The position numbers and the translations under genes are program-made. The notes below the pieces were generated by a model. It saw only the letters and a program-made list of their open reading frames with translations. It ran no database searches and was not told the origin of the DNA. A stretch of DNA of 64,000 nt, taken from an uncultured Pseudomonadota bacterium. GTDB lineage: Bacteria > Myxococcota_A > UBA796 > SXON01. Shown here piece after piece: positions 38,302-48,158 of the stretch. Position 1 is the first letter of the stretch; every line of letters begins with the position of its first letter. Location of the stretch: contig CAIQVJ010000007.1 of NCBI GenBank assembly GCA_903875225.1, positions 3,802 to 67,801 of the forward strand. Reading direction: 5' to 3'.

Positions 38302-41300
38302 ATGCCCCGCCATTTGTCCGTCTCCGTCGCACTTCGGGTCGCCGTGCTCGCTCCGTTCCTCGGGGCATGCGGCCCGGCGCTGGTGAAGTTCGACACCGCG
38401 GCTGTGGACACCGGGCCCGGGCCGGACGACACGGCGGTCGACATCCCGCGGCTCTCGCTGTCGGCCACCGATCTCGATCTCGGGTACGCCGGCGCGAACG
38501 AGACGTTGTCTGCGGTGGTTATCGCCTCGAACACCAACGATGGCGTGTCGCCGCTGGAGATCTCCGCCGAGGTCGGCGATGGCAACACGCACTTCTCGGT
38601 CGACGTCCTGCAGGCGAGCATCGATCCCGGGGAGGCCACCACGCTCACCGTGAGTTTCGCGGCCGGCGAGACCGGCACCTACGGCGGCAGCCTCGACCTC
38701 ACCAGCAACGACCCGGATCAGCCCTCCGTCACGCTACCGCTCACCGCGACCGTGGCGGTGGACGAGGACGGCGACGGCTACGTGGAGGGCGAAGACTGCA
38801 ACGACGCGAACCCCGACGTGAACCCGGGCGAGACCGACACGCCGTACGATGGCGTGGACTCCGACTGCTCGGGCACCTCCGACTACGATGCCGACGGAGA
38901 CGGTCACGACTCCAGTGCCTACGGTGGCGACGACTGTGACGACGCCGATGCTGCGATCTCGCCCGATGCGGAGGAGGCCTGGTACGACGGGGTCGACCAG
39001 AACTGTGACAACCGGTCCGACTTCGACCAGGATGAAGACGGCCACGACTCCGACGCCTACGGCGGAGATGACTGTGACGACGAGAACCCCAACGCGTACG
39101 TGGGCAACCTCGAGGACCCCGGCAACGGCGTGGACGACGACTGCGATGGTTTCGTGGACGAGACTCCGTCCACCACGGACGACGATGGAGACGGCTTCTC
39201 CGAAGCGACGGGGGATTGCAACGACACCGATGCGGCGATCTCCCCCGCGGCGGACGAGACCTGGTACGACGGCATCGACTCCGACTGCGCGGGAGACGAC
39301 GACTACGACGCCGACGCCGATGGCTACGACGTGGACACCTACGGCGGCGACGACTGCGACGACACGGCCGCCTCCATCCACCCCGGAACGACCGACGTTC
39401 CCTACGACGGGCTGGACACCGACTGCTCGGGCGGATCGGACTTCGATGCCGACGGCGACGGCTACGATGCCTCGACGTACGGCGGGACGGACTGCAACGA
39501 CGCCGACGCGACGATCAACCCGGGCGCGACGGAGATCTGGTACGACGGGGTGAACCAGGACTGCCTCGGCACCTCGGACTACGACCAGGACGGCGACGGC
39601 AAGGACAGCGCCGACTACTCCGGCACCGACTGCAACGATCTGGACCCCACGGTCTTTCCGGGTGCCACCGAGACCTGGTACGACGGCGTGGATTCAGACT
39701 GCAACGGCCGCTCGGACTACGACGCCGACTCCGACGGCTACGACTCCGACGCCTACGGTGGCACCGACTGCGACGACACGGTCGCCACCGTTCACCCCGC
39801 GGCACGCGAGACCTGGTACGACGGCGTCGACTCGGACTGCTCGGGCGGGTCGGACTACGACCGGGACGGCGACGGCTACGACTCCAGCGCATACGGCGGC
39901 ACCGACTGCTCGGACAACAACGCCGCGATCCATCCGGGCGCGACCGAGGTCTGGTACGACGGTGTGGACTCGGACTGTTCGGGAGGCTCGGACTACGACC
40001 AGGACGGCGACGGCGCGACGGTGGGTACGGCCGACTGCAACGACACCGACCCCTCCATCTACCGCGCAGCGACCGAGTCCTGCGACGGGAAGGACAACGA
40101 CTGCAACGGCGTCGTCGACGACACGGGGGCGACCTGGTACCGGGACGCCGACAGGGACACCTACGGCAACCCGGCGGTCACCACGGTCTCCTGCACGGCG
40201 CCCTCGGGGTTCGTGGCGAACGACGGCGACTGCGACGACACCACGCCGAGCACGCACCCCGGCGCGCCCGAGCTCGCATACGACGGCGCCGACAACGACT
40301 GCAACGGCAGGGTCGACGACATGACCGCCCTGGCCCAGAGCGACTGGGCGGTGGTCGGCACCTCGGCGAGCCATGCGGTCGGGGCCACGGTCGGCGCGAT
40401 CTTCGATGACGAGGATGGGGACGGCAACCCGGAGCTCGTGCTCGCGGCCCCGGCCGACGACGTGGGCGGGAGCAACGCTGGCGCGCTCGCCTGGCACGAC
40501 CTGGGCCTTCGCGGCACGAGCGTGTCGTTCACCTCCGGGTACCTGCACATCTACGGCGAGAGCGCAGACGACGGGTTCGGCACCGGCGTCGCCACACTCG
40601 GCGACGTGGATGGGTACGACAGCGGGGAGACCGAGTTCATCGCGGGGGCGGCCGGCGACGACGACGGCGGCACGAACGCTGGAGCCGTCTACATCTTCGA
40701 CCTGTACAACTACGGGTGGAAGACCGGGAACCAGAAGGTGAGCGGCCTCTCCCAGGCAAAGCTCATCGGCCGGGCTGCCAGCGAGGCGTTCGGCTCCGTC
40801 GTCGCCACAGGGGATCTCGACGCAGACGGGTGGCCCGACATCCTGGTGGGTGGGTACGGACGCACGTCGAGCCAGGGCGAGGCGTACCTGTACACCGCGG
40901 CAGACGGCTACTACTCGGGCTCGCTCTACTACGACAGCGACTACACCTTCGGGCTGCGGGGCACGGCGGCCGGGGACGAATTCGGCAAGGCGCTCACCAC
41001 CGGCGACGTCGACGGTGACGGGCAGGATGACGTCGTGGCCTGCGCGCCGGCCTTCGACGTCTCCGCGGCCACGACCTCCGCAGGTGGGTGCTGGCTCCTC
41101 AACGCAGGCTCGATCCCGGCGTACGCCACCACGATGGTGAGCACGATCGACGACGCCCGGATCGTCGGCGTCGCCTCGTCCGACGGAGTCGGCTCCGCGC
41201 CGGGATCGATCGACATGGCCGACGTGGACGGCGACGGGCTCGCCGACCTCGCGATCGGCGTACCGGGCTACGACGGCACCACCACCAACGGCGGCGCCGT

Positions 41301-41700
41301 GGCGCTGTTCCTCTCGGCCAGCCTGACCGGTGAGCACACGGTCGCCGTCGCCGACGCGATGGTGGAGGGCGATGGCGCGCTCGGCACCTCGGTGCAGCTT
41401 GGGGACATCGATCGCAGCGGGACCATCGGGCTCCTCGCCGGCGCCCCCTCGGCGGGATCCGCGGGCATGGTGTATGCCCTCTCCACCACATCGCTGCGCG
41501 CCGGCGGGACCATCGACATCCGCACCGCGGCCTCCGGTAGCTGGGTGGGGGAGGCGGCCAGCGACGCTTTCGGCACCACGCTCTCCAACGTCTACGACGT
41601 GGACAACGACGGGAGGGACGAGTTCGTGAGCGGGGCCAGCGGGTGGGACAGCGGCGCCACCACTTCTGCAGGCAAGGACTACGTCCTGCCGCTCTGGTAG
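38302..41700 (+). CDS. Large lipoprotein: Ig-like domain, 11 MopE-like Asp/Cys repeats, FG-GAP (integrin-alpha-like) propeller
   Basis: Lipobox [16 protein letters not shown]..x[14 protein letters not shown] repeats, [14 protein letters not shown]-type repeats. Confidence 0.9.
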   Translation: MPRHLSVSVALRVAVLAPFLGACGPALVKFDTAAVDTGPGPDDTAVDIPRLSLSATDLDLGYAGANETLSAVVIASNTNDGVSPLEISAEVGDGNTHFSVDVLQASIDPGEATTLTVSFAAGETGTYGGSLDLTSNDPDQPSVTLPLTATVAVDEDGDGYVEGEDCNDANPDVNPGETDTPYDGVDSDCSGTSDYDADGDGHDSSAYGGDDCDDADAAISPDAEEAWYDGVDQNCDNRSDFDQDEDGHDSDAYGGDDCDDENPNAYVGNLEDPGNGVDDDCDGFVDETPSTTDDDGDGFSEATGDCNDTDAAISPAADETWYDGIDSDCAGDDDYDADADGYDVDTYGGDDCDDTAASIHPGTTDVPYDGLDTDCSGGSDFDADGDGYDASTYGGTDCNDADATINPGATEIWYDGVNQDCLGTSDYDQDGDGKDSADYSGTDCNDLDPTVFPGATETWYDGVDSDCNGRSDYDADSDGYDSDAYGGTDCDDTVATVHPAARETWYDGVDSDCSGGSDYDRDGDGYDSSAYGGTDCSDNNAAIHPGATEVWYDGVDSDCSGGSDYDQDGDGATVGTADCNDTDPSIYRAATESCDGKDNDCNGVVDDTGATWYRDADRDTYGNPAVTTVSCTAPSGFVANDGDCDDTTPSTHPGAPELAYDGADNDCNGRVDDMTALAQSDWAVVGTSASHAVGATVGAIFDDEDGDGNPELVLAAPADDVGGSNAGALAWHDLGLRGTSVSFTSGYLHIYGESADDGFGTGVATLGDVDGYDSGETEFIAGAAGDDDGGTNAGAVYIFDLYNYGWKTGNQKVSGLSQAKLIGRAASEAFGSVVATGDLDADGWPDILVGGYGRTSSQGEAYLYTAADGYYSGSLYYDSDYTFGLRGTAAGDEFGKALTTGDVDGDGQDDVVACAPAFDVSAATTSAGGCWLLNAGSIPAYATTMVSTIDDARIVGVASSDGVGSAPGSIDMADVDGDGLADLAIGVPGYDGTTTNGGAVALFLSASLTGEHTVAVADAMVEGDGALGTSVQLGDIDRSGTIGLLAGAPSAGSAGMVYALSTTSLRAGGTIDIRTAASGSWVGEAASDAFGTTLSNVYDVDNDGRDEFVSGASGWDSGATTSAGKDYVLPLW
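38761..40320 (+). repeat. Coding tandem array of about 11 MopE-like repeats (mostly 46 aa / 138 bp units)
   Basis: Repeated GACTGC(G/A)ACGAC...TGGTACGACGG(C/G)GT...GACTGC. Confidence 0.9.
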
Positions 41701-41708
41701 AGAGCGAG

Positions 41709-42467
41709 GTGCTTCCGCGCACGTTCTTCCGGGCTCACGGGCTCGGCAACGACTACCTCGTGTGGGAGGGGGAGCCCGGGGTGGTCACCCCTGGCTGGGT
41801 GCGCCGCGTGTGCGACCGCCACACCGGCGTGGGCTCGGACGGCGTGCTCGTCCCAGGCGACGCTCGCGACGGCGCACAGACGGCGGTCCGGATCTTCAAC
41901 CCCGATGGCAGCGAGGCCGAAAAATCGGGGAACGGCGTACGCATCTACGCGCTCTGGTGGGCCCGGCGGACCGGTGCCCGCGATTTTGCAGTGAGCACGA
42001 TCGGCGGGACCGTCACCGTGCAGGTGTACGATGGCGACCGGGTCCGGGCCGCGATGGGCGTGGCCAGGCTCGGCTCGGCAGTCGAGCTCTGCGGGTACCC
42101 CGCCTGGCCGGTGGACATCGGGAACCCGCACCGGGTCATCCTCGCCATCCCCGACGACTGGTGTGCGATCGGCGCGCGGATCGAGCTTGCGGTGCCGGGC
42201 CGGACGAACGTGCAATTCGTCCACGTCCTTGACCGGACGCGGGTCGTGGCCCGGATCTGGGAGCGTGGCGCCGGCCGTACGCTCGCGAGTGGGTCGAGCG
42301 CCTCTGCGATCGCTCGCGTGGTGACGGCGCTGGGCCTGTGCGACAGCCCGATCGAGGTCGGGATGGAGGGCGGCACGCTCACCGTTGAGGTGGATGCCTC
42401 AGGGCGCTGCACGATCGACGGGCCCATCGTCGCGATCGCGCGGGTGGAGCTGGACCGCGGGTGGTGA
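41709..42467 (+). CDS. dapF: Diaminopimelate epimerase, Ser/Ser active-site variant
   Basis: [53 protein letters not shown]. Confidence 0.88.
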   Translation: MLPRTFFRAHGLGNDYLVWEGEPGVVTPGWVRRVCDRHTGVGSDGVLVPGDARDGAQTAVRIFNPDGSEAEKSGNGVRIYALWWARRTGARDFAVSTIGGTVTVQVYDGDRVRAAMGVARLGSAVELCGYPAWPVDIGNPHRVILAIPDDWCAIGARIELAVPGRTNVQFVHVLDRTRVVARIWERGAGRTLASGSSASAIARVVTALGLCDSPIEVGMEGGTLTVEVDASGRCTIDGPIVAIARVELDRGW

Positions 42468-42517
42468 GCCGGGGGTGACCCCGCGAGGTGGGCGCCCCGG
42501 CCGCGCAGCTCGCCAGC

Positions 42518-43501
42518 CTAGTCCTGTGCCTTCTTGGTCTCGGCGAGCGCGGCGCTGTCGAACCAGTCGGGCGCAGCCGCTGGAGCAGCCTCGGACGCAG
42601 CAGGGCGGGCCATGCGAACGGGAGCGTACTCGGCCTTGAGGCTCGCCGCTTCGGCCTGGACCGGCGCTCCGCCTGCGAATCCGCCGTCGTCGTAGGGGTT
42701 CGTCGGCGCGGGCCCGGGCGAGTCCATCTGCTCCACGGGGTAGCCGCCGGCCGATCGGGAGAGCTCGTCGCGCGCCTGCACGCCGGCGACCGGAGACCAG
42801 CTCTCGATCCGCAGCGACACGAACTGGTCGAGGGGCACCGAGACCTCGGTCGGGCCCATCGGGAGCGCCACCGTCACCTTGTCGTCCTGCAGCTTGCCGA
42901 GCAGCACCGTACCGGTCTGGAGCTGCACACGCCACAGGCCCTGGGGGTCGTTCACCGGCGCGACGTACTGGCACTCGGAGAGCAGCGGGGAGAAGGTGCC
43001 GAGATCGTTCACGATCACGAGGTGGGTGAGCGCGGGGTCGACCAGGAAGTCGTCGCCGAAGCGGGTCTTCATGCGGTAGATCGGGCCGCCCGGCCACCGG
43101 GCTTCTCCCTGGAGCTGGAACCGGGAGAGGTCGTTCATCGGGAGATCGACCGGCACCTCGGCGCCGCCGACCGAGATGCTCATCGCGAGCTTCGGGTCGG
43201 CCCAGGTGCCGCGAAGCTCGGAGCCGTTGCGCAACCAGACGTCCACACGGCCATCGGCATCGCCCAGCTGACCGCCTGTCGAGGGGACCACCTCGCCCAC
43301 GTCCGCGAGCGGGATCTCGAGGTCACCGGAGCCACTCTTGAGCAGGAGGGTTTTTGTGTGGATCTCGCCCATCAGGATCTGGCCATCGCCGAGCGTCGCA
43401 CGCACGGGGGTCTCAGCGTCCCGGTGCTTGAACAGGGATGCATAGGCGGGCTCGATCAGGAGGGCGGGGAGAGCGAAGATCAGGAAGTAGCGGGAGTTCA
43501 C
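42518..43501 (-). CDS. Secreted hypothetical protein
   Basis: GTG start, signal peptide ending AYA, repeated beta-rich LxxGxxLxG modules. Confidence 0.7.
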   Translation of the reverse strand: MNSRYFLIFALPALLIEPAYASLFKHRDAETPVRATLGDGQILMGEIHTKTLLLKSGSGDLEIPLADVGEVVPSTGGQLGDADGRVDVWLRNGSELRGTWADPKLAMSISVGGAEVPVDLPMNDLSRFQLQGEARWPGGPIYRMKTRFGDDFLVDPALTHLVIVNDLGTFSPLLSECQYVAPVNDPQGLWRVQLQTGTVLLGKLQDDKVTVALPMGPTEVSVPLDQFVSLRIESWSPVAGVQARDELSRSAGGYPVEQMDSPGPAPTNPYDDGGFAGGAPVQAEAASLKAEYAPVRMARPAASEAAPAAAPDWFDSAALAETKKAQD

Positions 43502-43656
43502 GTTGGCCTCGGGGTTCGCGGGGACAACGCCGGGGCCTGGGCGGGCCTTACACGTCTCCGACCCCGAGGAGGCGATTTGGGCACGTTCCCGTGCAAGCGT
43601 CGTGCAACGCGTGTTCCTCGCGCAGGCCGCCCGAGTCCTGCGGCTACTGCAGGAGC

Positions 43657-44829
43657 ATGAACCGCATCCTCCCCTTCACCCTCGTCGCTGCAGCCACCCT
43701 CCTGCTCGCAGCCCAACCTGTACCGCCGAGCGCGCCAGCCCCGCCCGTCCCCCTGCCCGGGGATGAGCTCGCCGACGGCCTCGCGCTGGGCGTGGGCGAC
43801 TGGCTGGACCGGACGGTCCAGGCGGACCAGTTCCGCACCTCCTCCCCGCTCTTCGACGAGGAGTGGATGTTCGGAACGTGGATGATGGCCGCTGTCGGCT
43901 TCGGTCAGCACGCCCGGGCCCACCCCGATGCCCGCGCAGCAGACCTCGTGCGCATGGATGCCTGCCTGGACGTGCTGCTCGGCCCCGACGGCGTGCGGTT
44001 CGACGAGCGCAAGTGGAACGCTTCCCCGCTCACCGATCTCGAGGAGGTCCGGCACGGCCACGCCGCGTGGCTGGGCTACGTGAACCTCGCGCTCGGGCTG
44101 CGGCACGGGCTCGCGGAGGGCGCGCCGGACCGGTACTCGGACATCCACGATCGCGTGTCCGACGCGCTGATCGCGCGGCTGGACGCGCCCATCATCGAGA
44201 CCTACCCCGGGGAGGCCTACCCCGTGGACAACGCTGCGGGGCTCGGCTCGCTGGGGATGTCCGCCGCGAGCCCCGCGGATCCCGAGCGCACCGCACGCAC
44301 GGCGGCTGCCCTGGGAGCGGCCCTGGGGCGCCTGCAATCCCGCTGGCGGGAGCCGCAGACCGGGCTGCTGTACCAGTGGCTGTCGCCCGCGGGGACAGCG
44401 CACGGCCCGCCACGGGGCTCGGGCACGTTCCTCGCCTCGTGGTTCCTGAGCTTCGGCGCACCCGAACCGGCGCACTCCCTGTACCGCGCAGGTCGCACCT
44501 ACCTCTACGAGCCGCTCGGCCCGCTCGGGGCGATGCGTGAATACCGCTTCGACGATGCGACCGCGGGCGGTGACATCGACTCCGGGCCGCTCGTGCTCGG
44601 CCGCGGCGTCTCGGCCACCGCCTTTGCCATCGGCGCCGCACGCGCCGCAGGCGACGCCGACACGGCCGCCGCGCTGATCCGCACGGCGACGCTGTTCGGG
44701 GCCCCCGCAGCAGACGCCGACGGCGCCTTGCACTTCCGCACTGCGGGCGCCGCGATGTGCGGTGCGGAGAGTTGCGGCGCCCTCGGCGATGCGATCCTGT
44801 TCGCGATGGTCACGACCCCGGCGCAGTAG
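43657..44829 (+). CDS. Secreted (alpha/alpha)6-barrel protein, linalool dehydratase/isomerase-like
   Basis: AGGAG RBS, signal peptide, ETYPGEAYPVDN, PRGSG, GDIDSGP.V.G..VSATAF. Confidence 0.6.
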   Translation: MNRILPFTLVAAATLLLAAQPVPPSAPAPPVPLPGDELADGLALGVGDWLDRTVQADQFRTSSPLFDEEWMFGTWMMAAVGFGQHARAHPDARAADLVRMDACLDVLLGPDGVRFDERKWNASPLTDLEEVRHGHAAWLGYVNLALGLRHGLAEGAPDRYSDIHDRVSDALIARLDAPIIETYPGEAYPVDNAAGLGSLGMSAASPADPERTARTAAALGAALGRLQSRWREPQTGLLYQWLSPAGTAHGPPRGSGTFLASWFLSFGAPEPAHSLYRAGRTYLYEPLGPLGAMREYRFDDATAGGDIDSGPLVLGRGVSATAFAIGAARAAGDADTAAALIRTATLFGAPAADADGALHFRTAGAAMCGAESCGALGDAILFAMVTTPAQ

Positions 44830-44905
44830 CCCCCCTGGGGCCACGGGTTCGGCCTGCCGCGCTCCCCCGTGCGTTACAGAGCGTGCCTCACTCGGAACCC
44901 CGTTC

Positions 44906-46318
44906 TTGGACCTCGTCCACCTGCACGACCAACGCAAGCCCTTCGAGGACCTCGAGACAGCGCTGGTCCGCCTCGCGCTGAAGCGACCCGGCGACCTGCA
45001 CGACGACGCCGTGGACGTGCTCCGCTACGTCATCCGATTCGCGAAGCTCCACCTGGTGCGCAACGAGCACGGCGTGGACGTGGACGTGACCGACCGCCTC
45101 CGTCACCTGGCGCGGCGCGTGAAGGAGCTCCTGATTCCTGCGATCATCGAGCAGGAAGACCTCTGGATGGCGATGCGCAGCGCGCCCGAGCTTTTGCGGG
45201 AGGTGCGGCAGCAGGAGCGCCGGCTGGCGCAGAACTCGGCGCTGGACCGTGCGAGTCTCCTCGCGGAGGTGTGCACGCGGCAGCTTGTGGTCGCGTGCAG
45301 CGGCGGCGGGGGCAGCGGTTACGGGTACGCTGGCGCCTGGACCCTGCTGCACCGGCGCGGCCTGCAGCCCGAGATGATCGCCGGCACGAGCATCGGCGCG
45401 CTGATGAGCCTTTTCCGGGCGAGGCGGCGCGTGTACGACGGCGTGCCGCTGCTCGAGGCCTCCAAGCGCCTCTCGTGGGACAACGTGTTCCGGGTATTCG
45501 ACATGGAGAGCCGGTACGGCATCCCGGCCACCCTCAGGCTCTATCTGCGGTCGGCGATCGGCAGCCTGTTCGAGACGCCGGACGGCCGCCCGCTGACGTT
45601 CGCAGACCTCGAGATCCCCTTGCTGATCGTGACGACGGGCATCGGCGTCGAAGCGTTCAAATACGACATGAAGTACTACGAGCACTTCATGGACGACGCC
45701 GTCTCCCCGGGCGCCCAGCCCGGCGTGAGCCGCGTCCGGCAGATGGCGCAGGTCGCCACGATCTTCCGGGACTTCATGTCCACGCCCGACGCCCTGCGCG
45801 AGGTCGTGTTCGGCTCGGATCCGGCCACCTACCAGGCGGACATCCTGGACGCCGCAGGCTTCTCGGCCTCGATCCCCGGCCTCATCCACTACGACGTGCT
45901 GCGGGACGACCGCCGGATGAAAGCGCTGCTGGACGACCTGTACTCGAGGTACGGGATCACGCGGCTCTCGGAGGGCGGCCTGGTGAACAACCTGCCCATC
46001 CGGCCGCTCTGGAACGAGGTGCAGGGCGGCCGGATCGTTCGACGCAACGCGTTCGTGCTCGCGCTGGACTGCTTCTCGCCCCGGCTGCGCTACCCGCTGT
46101 TCTACACGATCCAGCAGGGTGTGCGCCCGAATGTGAACCGCAACATCCCGTATGCGAACCTGTACTTTCCGATGCAGCGGGTGCTGAGTCCGCTCAACCT
46201 CGTCCCGGCGCTCCCCGACGTGACGGACGCCATGCGCTGGACGATGGAGGAGCTGGGCCCCGAGATGCCGTTCATCGAGCGGATGTGCAACCCGATCCGC
46301 GAGCTTCCACCCGGGTAG
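44906..46318 (+). CDS. Patatin-like phospholipase family protein
   Basis: SGGGGSG oxyanion loop, GTSIG nucleophile, SASIPG, EGG..NNLP. TTG start is uncertain. Confidence 0.85.
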   Translation: MDLVHLHDQRKPFEDLETALVRLALKRPGDLHDDAVDVLRYVIRFAKLHLVRNEHGVDVDVTDRLRHLARRVKELLIPAIIEQEDLWMAMRSAPELLREVRQQERRLAQNSALDRASLLAEVCTRQLVVACSGGGGSGYGYAGAWTLLHRRGLQPEMIAGTSIGALMSLFRARRRVYDGVPLLEASKRLSWDNVFRVFDMESRYGIPATLRLYLRSAIGSLFETPDGRPLTFADLEIPLLIVTTGIGVEAFKYDMKYYEHFMDDAVSPGAQPGVSRVRQMAQVATIFRDFMSTPDALREVVFGSDPATYQADILDAAGFSASIPGLIHYDVLRDDRRMKALLDDLYSRYGITRLSEGGLVNNLPIRPLWNEVQGGRIVRRNAFVLALDCFSPRLRYPLFYTIQQGVRPNVNRNIPYANLYFPMQRVLSPLNLVPALPDVTDAMRWTMEELGPEMPFIERMCNPIRELPPG

Positions 46319-46438
46319 CTGGCGCGGTGCAGGCGGCGTCTCGCTCGCGTGCCGGGGCCAGTGGCCGCCTCCGTGGACGCCGTCCTCCCCCCGGACTATG
46401 CGCGTGCCGCGGCGGTTTCCCAGCCGCAGGAGGTCCGA

Positions 46439-46804
46439 ATGCTCATTGCCCTTTACGCCGCCCTCGCCCTCGCCACCGATCCCATCGCCGCCACCACCGC
46501 CAGCACGTTCTCGTGGACGGCGCTGTCGGCTGCGAAGGCCCCCATCGCCGTTGCGACCTTCACCCAGGGGAAGGTGACCTACGACCTCAAGTGCGATCCG
46601 ACCTCGTGCACCATCGACCACGGCACGACCCACCTCTCCGCGCACGTCACGATCACCGTCGTCAAGGGCACGCAGCCCACGGTGAACGTGGTGATCGACG
46701 GCACGGACGCCGGCTACCTGTTCTCGAAGGTCGCGGTCCGCTGGATCGCGCCGGCGCCCGCCAAGGGCACCGTGGTGCGGTTGGGCGGCTACGAGGTCCA
46801 ATAG
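46439..46804 (+). CDS. Small secreted hypothetical protein
   Basis: GGAGG RBS, MLIALYAALALA signal. Confidence 0.65.
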   Translation: MLIALYAALALATDPIAATTASTFSWTALSAAKAPIAVATFTQGKVTYDLKCDPTSCTIDHGTTHLSAHVTITVVKGTQPTVNVVIDGTDAGYLFSKVAVRWIAPAPAKGTVVRLGGYEVQ

Positions 46805-46808
46805 GCGC

Positions 46809-48152
46809 TTGAGGATTCCCCACCTGACGCTGCTCCCGGTGCTCGCCGGGTGTGGCCACGCGTCTCACGAACGGGCGCATCCCAACGTGGTGCTCATCCT
46901 CGTCGACACGCTGCGGGCCGACGCTGTCGGCGCCTACGGCAGTCGGCACGCCACCACGCCCAACCTGGACGCGGTGGCGGCGAGCGGGATGGTGTGGGAG
47001 CAGGCGACGAGCCAGGCCGCGTGGACCGTCCCCAGCGTGGCCAGCCTGTTCACGGGTGTGGACCCGCAGGCCCACCATTGCCTGCGGTTCGACGTTCACG
47101 GCGCCATCTCGCTGGACACGCTCTCTCCCGCTCACGACACGCTCGCCGAGCAGTTCCACGCCTCCGGGTACGCCACGGCTGCGTTCATCAAGTCCACGGT
47201 GCTCGACGCCTCGCTCGGCTACGACCAGGGCTTCGGCACCTACCAGATCATCGACGGCGACGACCGCGCGTGGGGGCACTCCGCCAGAGACCTGAACGAC
47301 GCAGCCATCCCCTGGCTCACCGCGGCGGAAGCAGGCCACGAGCCCTTCTTCGCCTACCTGCACTACATGGACGCCCACTCGCCCTACCATCCGCCTCCGC
47401 CGTACGACACGCGGTACGACGCCGCGTACGATGGGCCCTACGATGGCGCCCACATGCCCGTCGTCGAGGCCGTGGCACGTGGCGCACCCCCCGGGCCTCG
47501 GGACTGGGAGCACCTCCGCGGGCTCTACGACGGCGAGATCGCCTACTGGGACAGCGAGTTCGGACGCTTGTACCAGGCGCTTGACGCCGTGGGCGCCTGG
47601 CGGGACACCGTGCTCGTGGTGGTGGGAGACCATGGCGAGGCGTTCTTCGAGCATCACGACGTGTTCCACGAGGACGTCTACCAGGAGAACGTGCATGTGC
47701 CGCTGGTGATGGTGGGGCCTGGGGTGCCGGTGGGTCGGATGTCCGGGTACACGCAGCTGATCGACCTGCCGCCCACGCTCGTGGCGCTGACCGGCGTCCG
47801 ACCGGGCTCGCGGTGGACGGGTCGGAGCCAGCTTGCGGGCATGGCCGCGGGCGTGGCCCCGGGGGAGGAGGTCTACAGCGAATACGAGGACAAGCGCTCG
47901 CTGATCGAGCCCGGCGGCCTGAAGCTGCTCGTCGGTGAGGGACAGGAACAGCTCTACGATCTCGCCGTCGATCCGGGGGAGACGAGGGACCTCGCGGCCT
48001 CCCGGCCGGTGGACGTCAGCCGACTGCGGGGAGAGCTGGATGCCCGCGTGGCTGCGGCGCAGCGGCTCGGCCGTGCGTTCGTCGCCGCGCCCCGGCACGC
48101 GCTGAATGACAAGCTCGTCGAGGAGCTGCAGAACCTCGGCTACCTCGAGTGA
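46809..48152 (+). CDS. Sulfatase-like hydrolase/transferase (lipoprotein)
   Basis: PNVVLILVDTLRAD, TPNLD, PFFAYLHYMDAHSPY, YDGEI, GDHGE, LYDLAVDPGE, LQNLGY. Confidence 0.9.
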   Translation: MRIPHLTLLPVLAGCGHASHERAHPNVVLILVDTLRADAVGAYGSRHATTPNLDAVAASGMVWEQATSQAAWTVPSVASLFTGVDPQAHHCLRFDVHGAISLDTLSPAHDTLAEQFHASGYATAAFIKSTVLDASLGYDQGFGTYQIIDGDDRAWGHSARDLNDAAIPWLTAAEAGHEPFFAYLHYMDAHSPYHPPPPYDTRYDAAYDGPYDGAHMPVVEAVARGAPPGPRDWEHLRGLYDGEIAYWDSEFGRLYQALDAVGAWRDTVLVVVGDHGEAFFEHHDVFHEDVYQENVHVPLVMVGPGVPVGRMSGYTQLIDLPPTLVALTGVRPGSRWTGRSQLAGMAAGVAPGEEVYSEYEDKRSLIEPGGLKLLVGEGQEQLYDLAVDPGETRDLAASRPVDVSRLRGELDARVAAAQRLGRAFVAAPRHALNDKLVEELQNLGYLE

Positions 48153-48158
48153 GCGGTA

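Noticed and set aside
38761-40320. Regularly spaced repeats as a possible CRISPR array
   Set aside because: In-frame degenerate protein repeats with third-position variation. No unique spacers and no cas genes.
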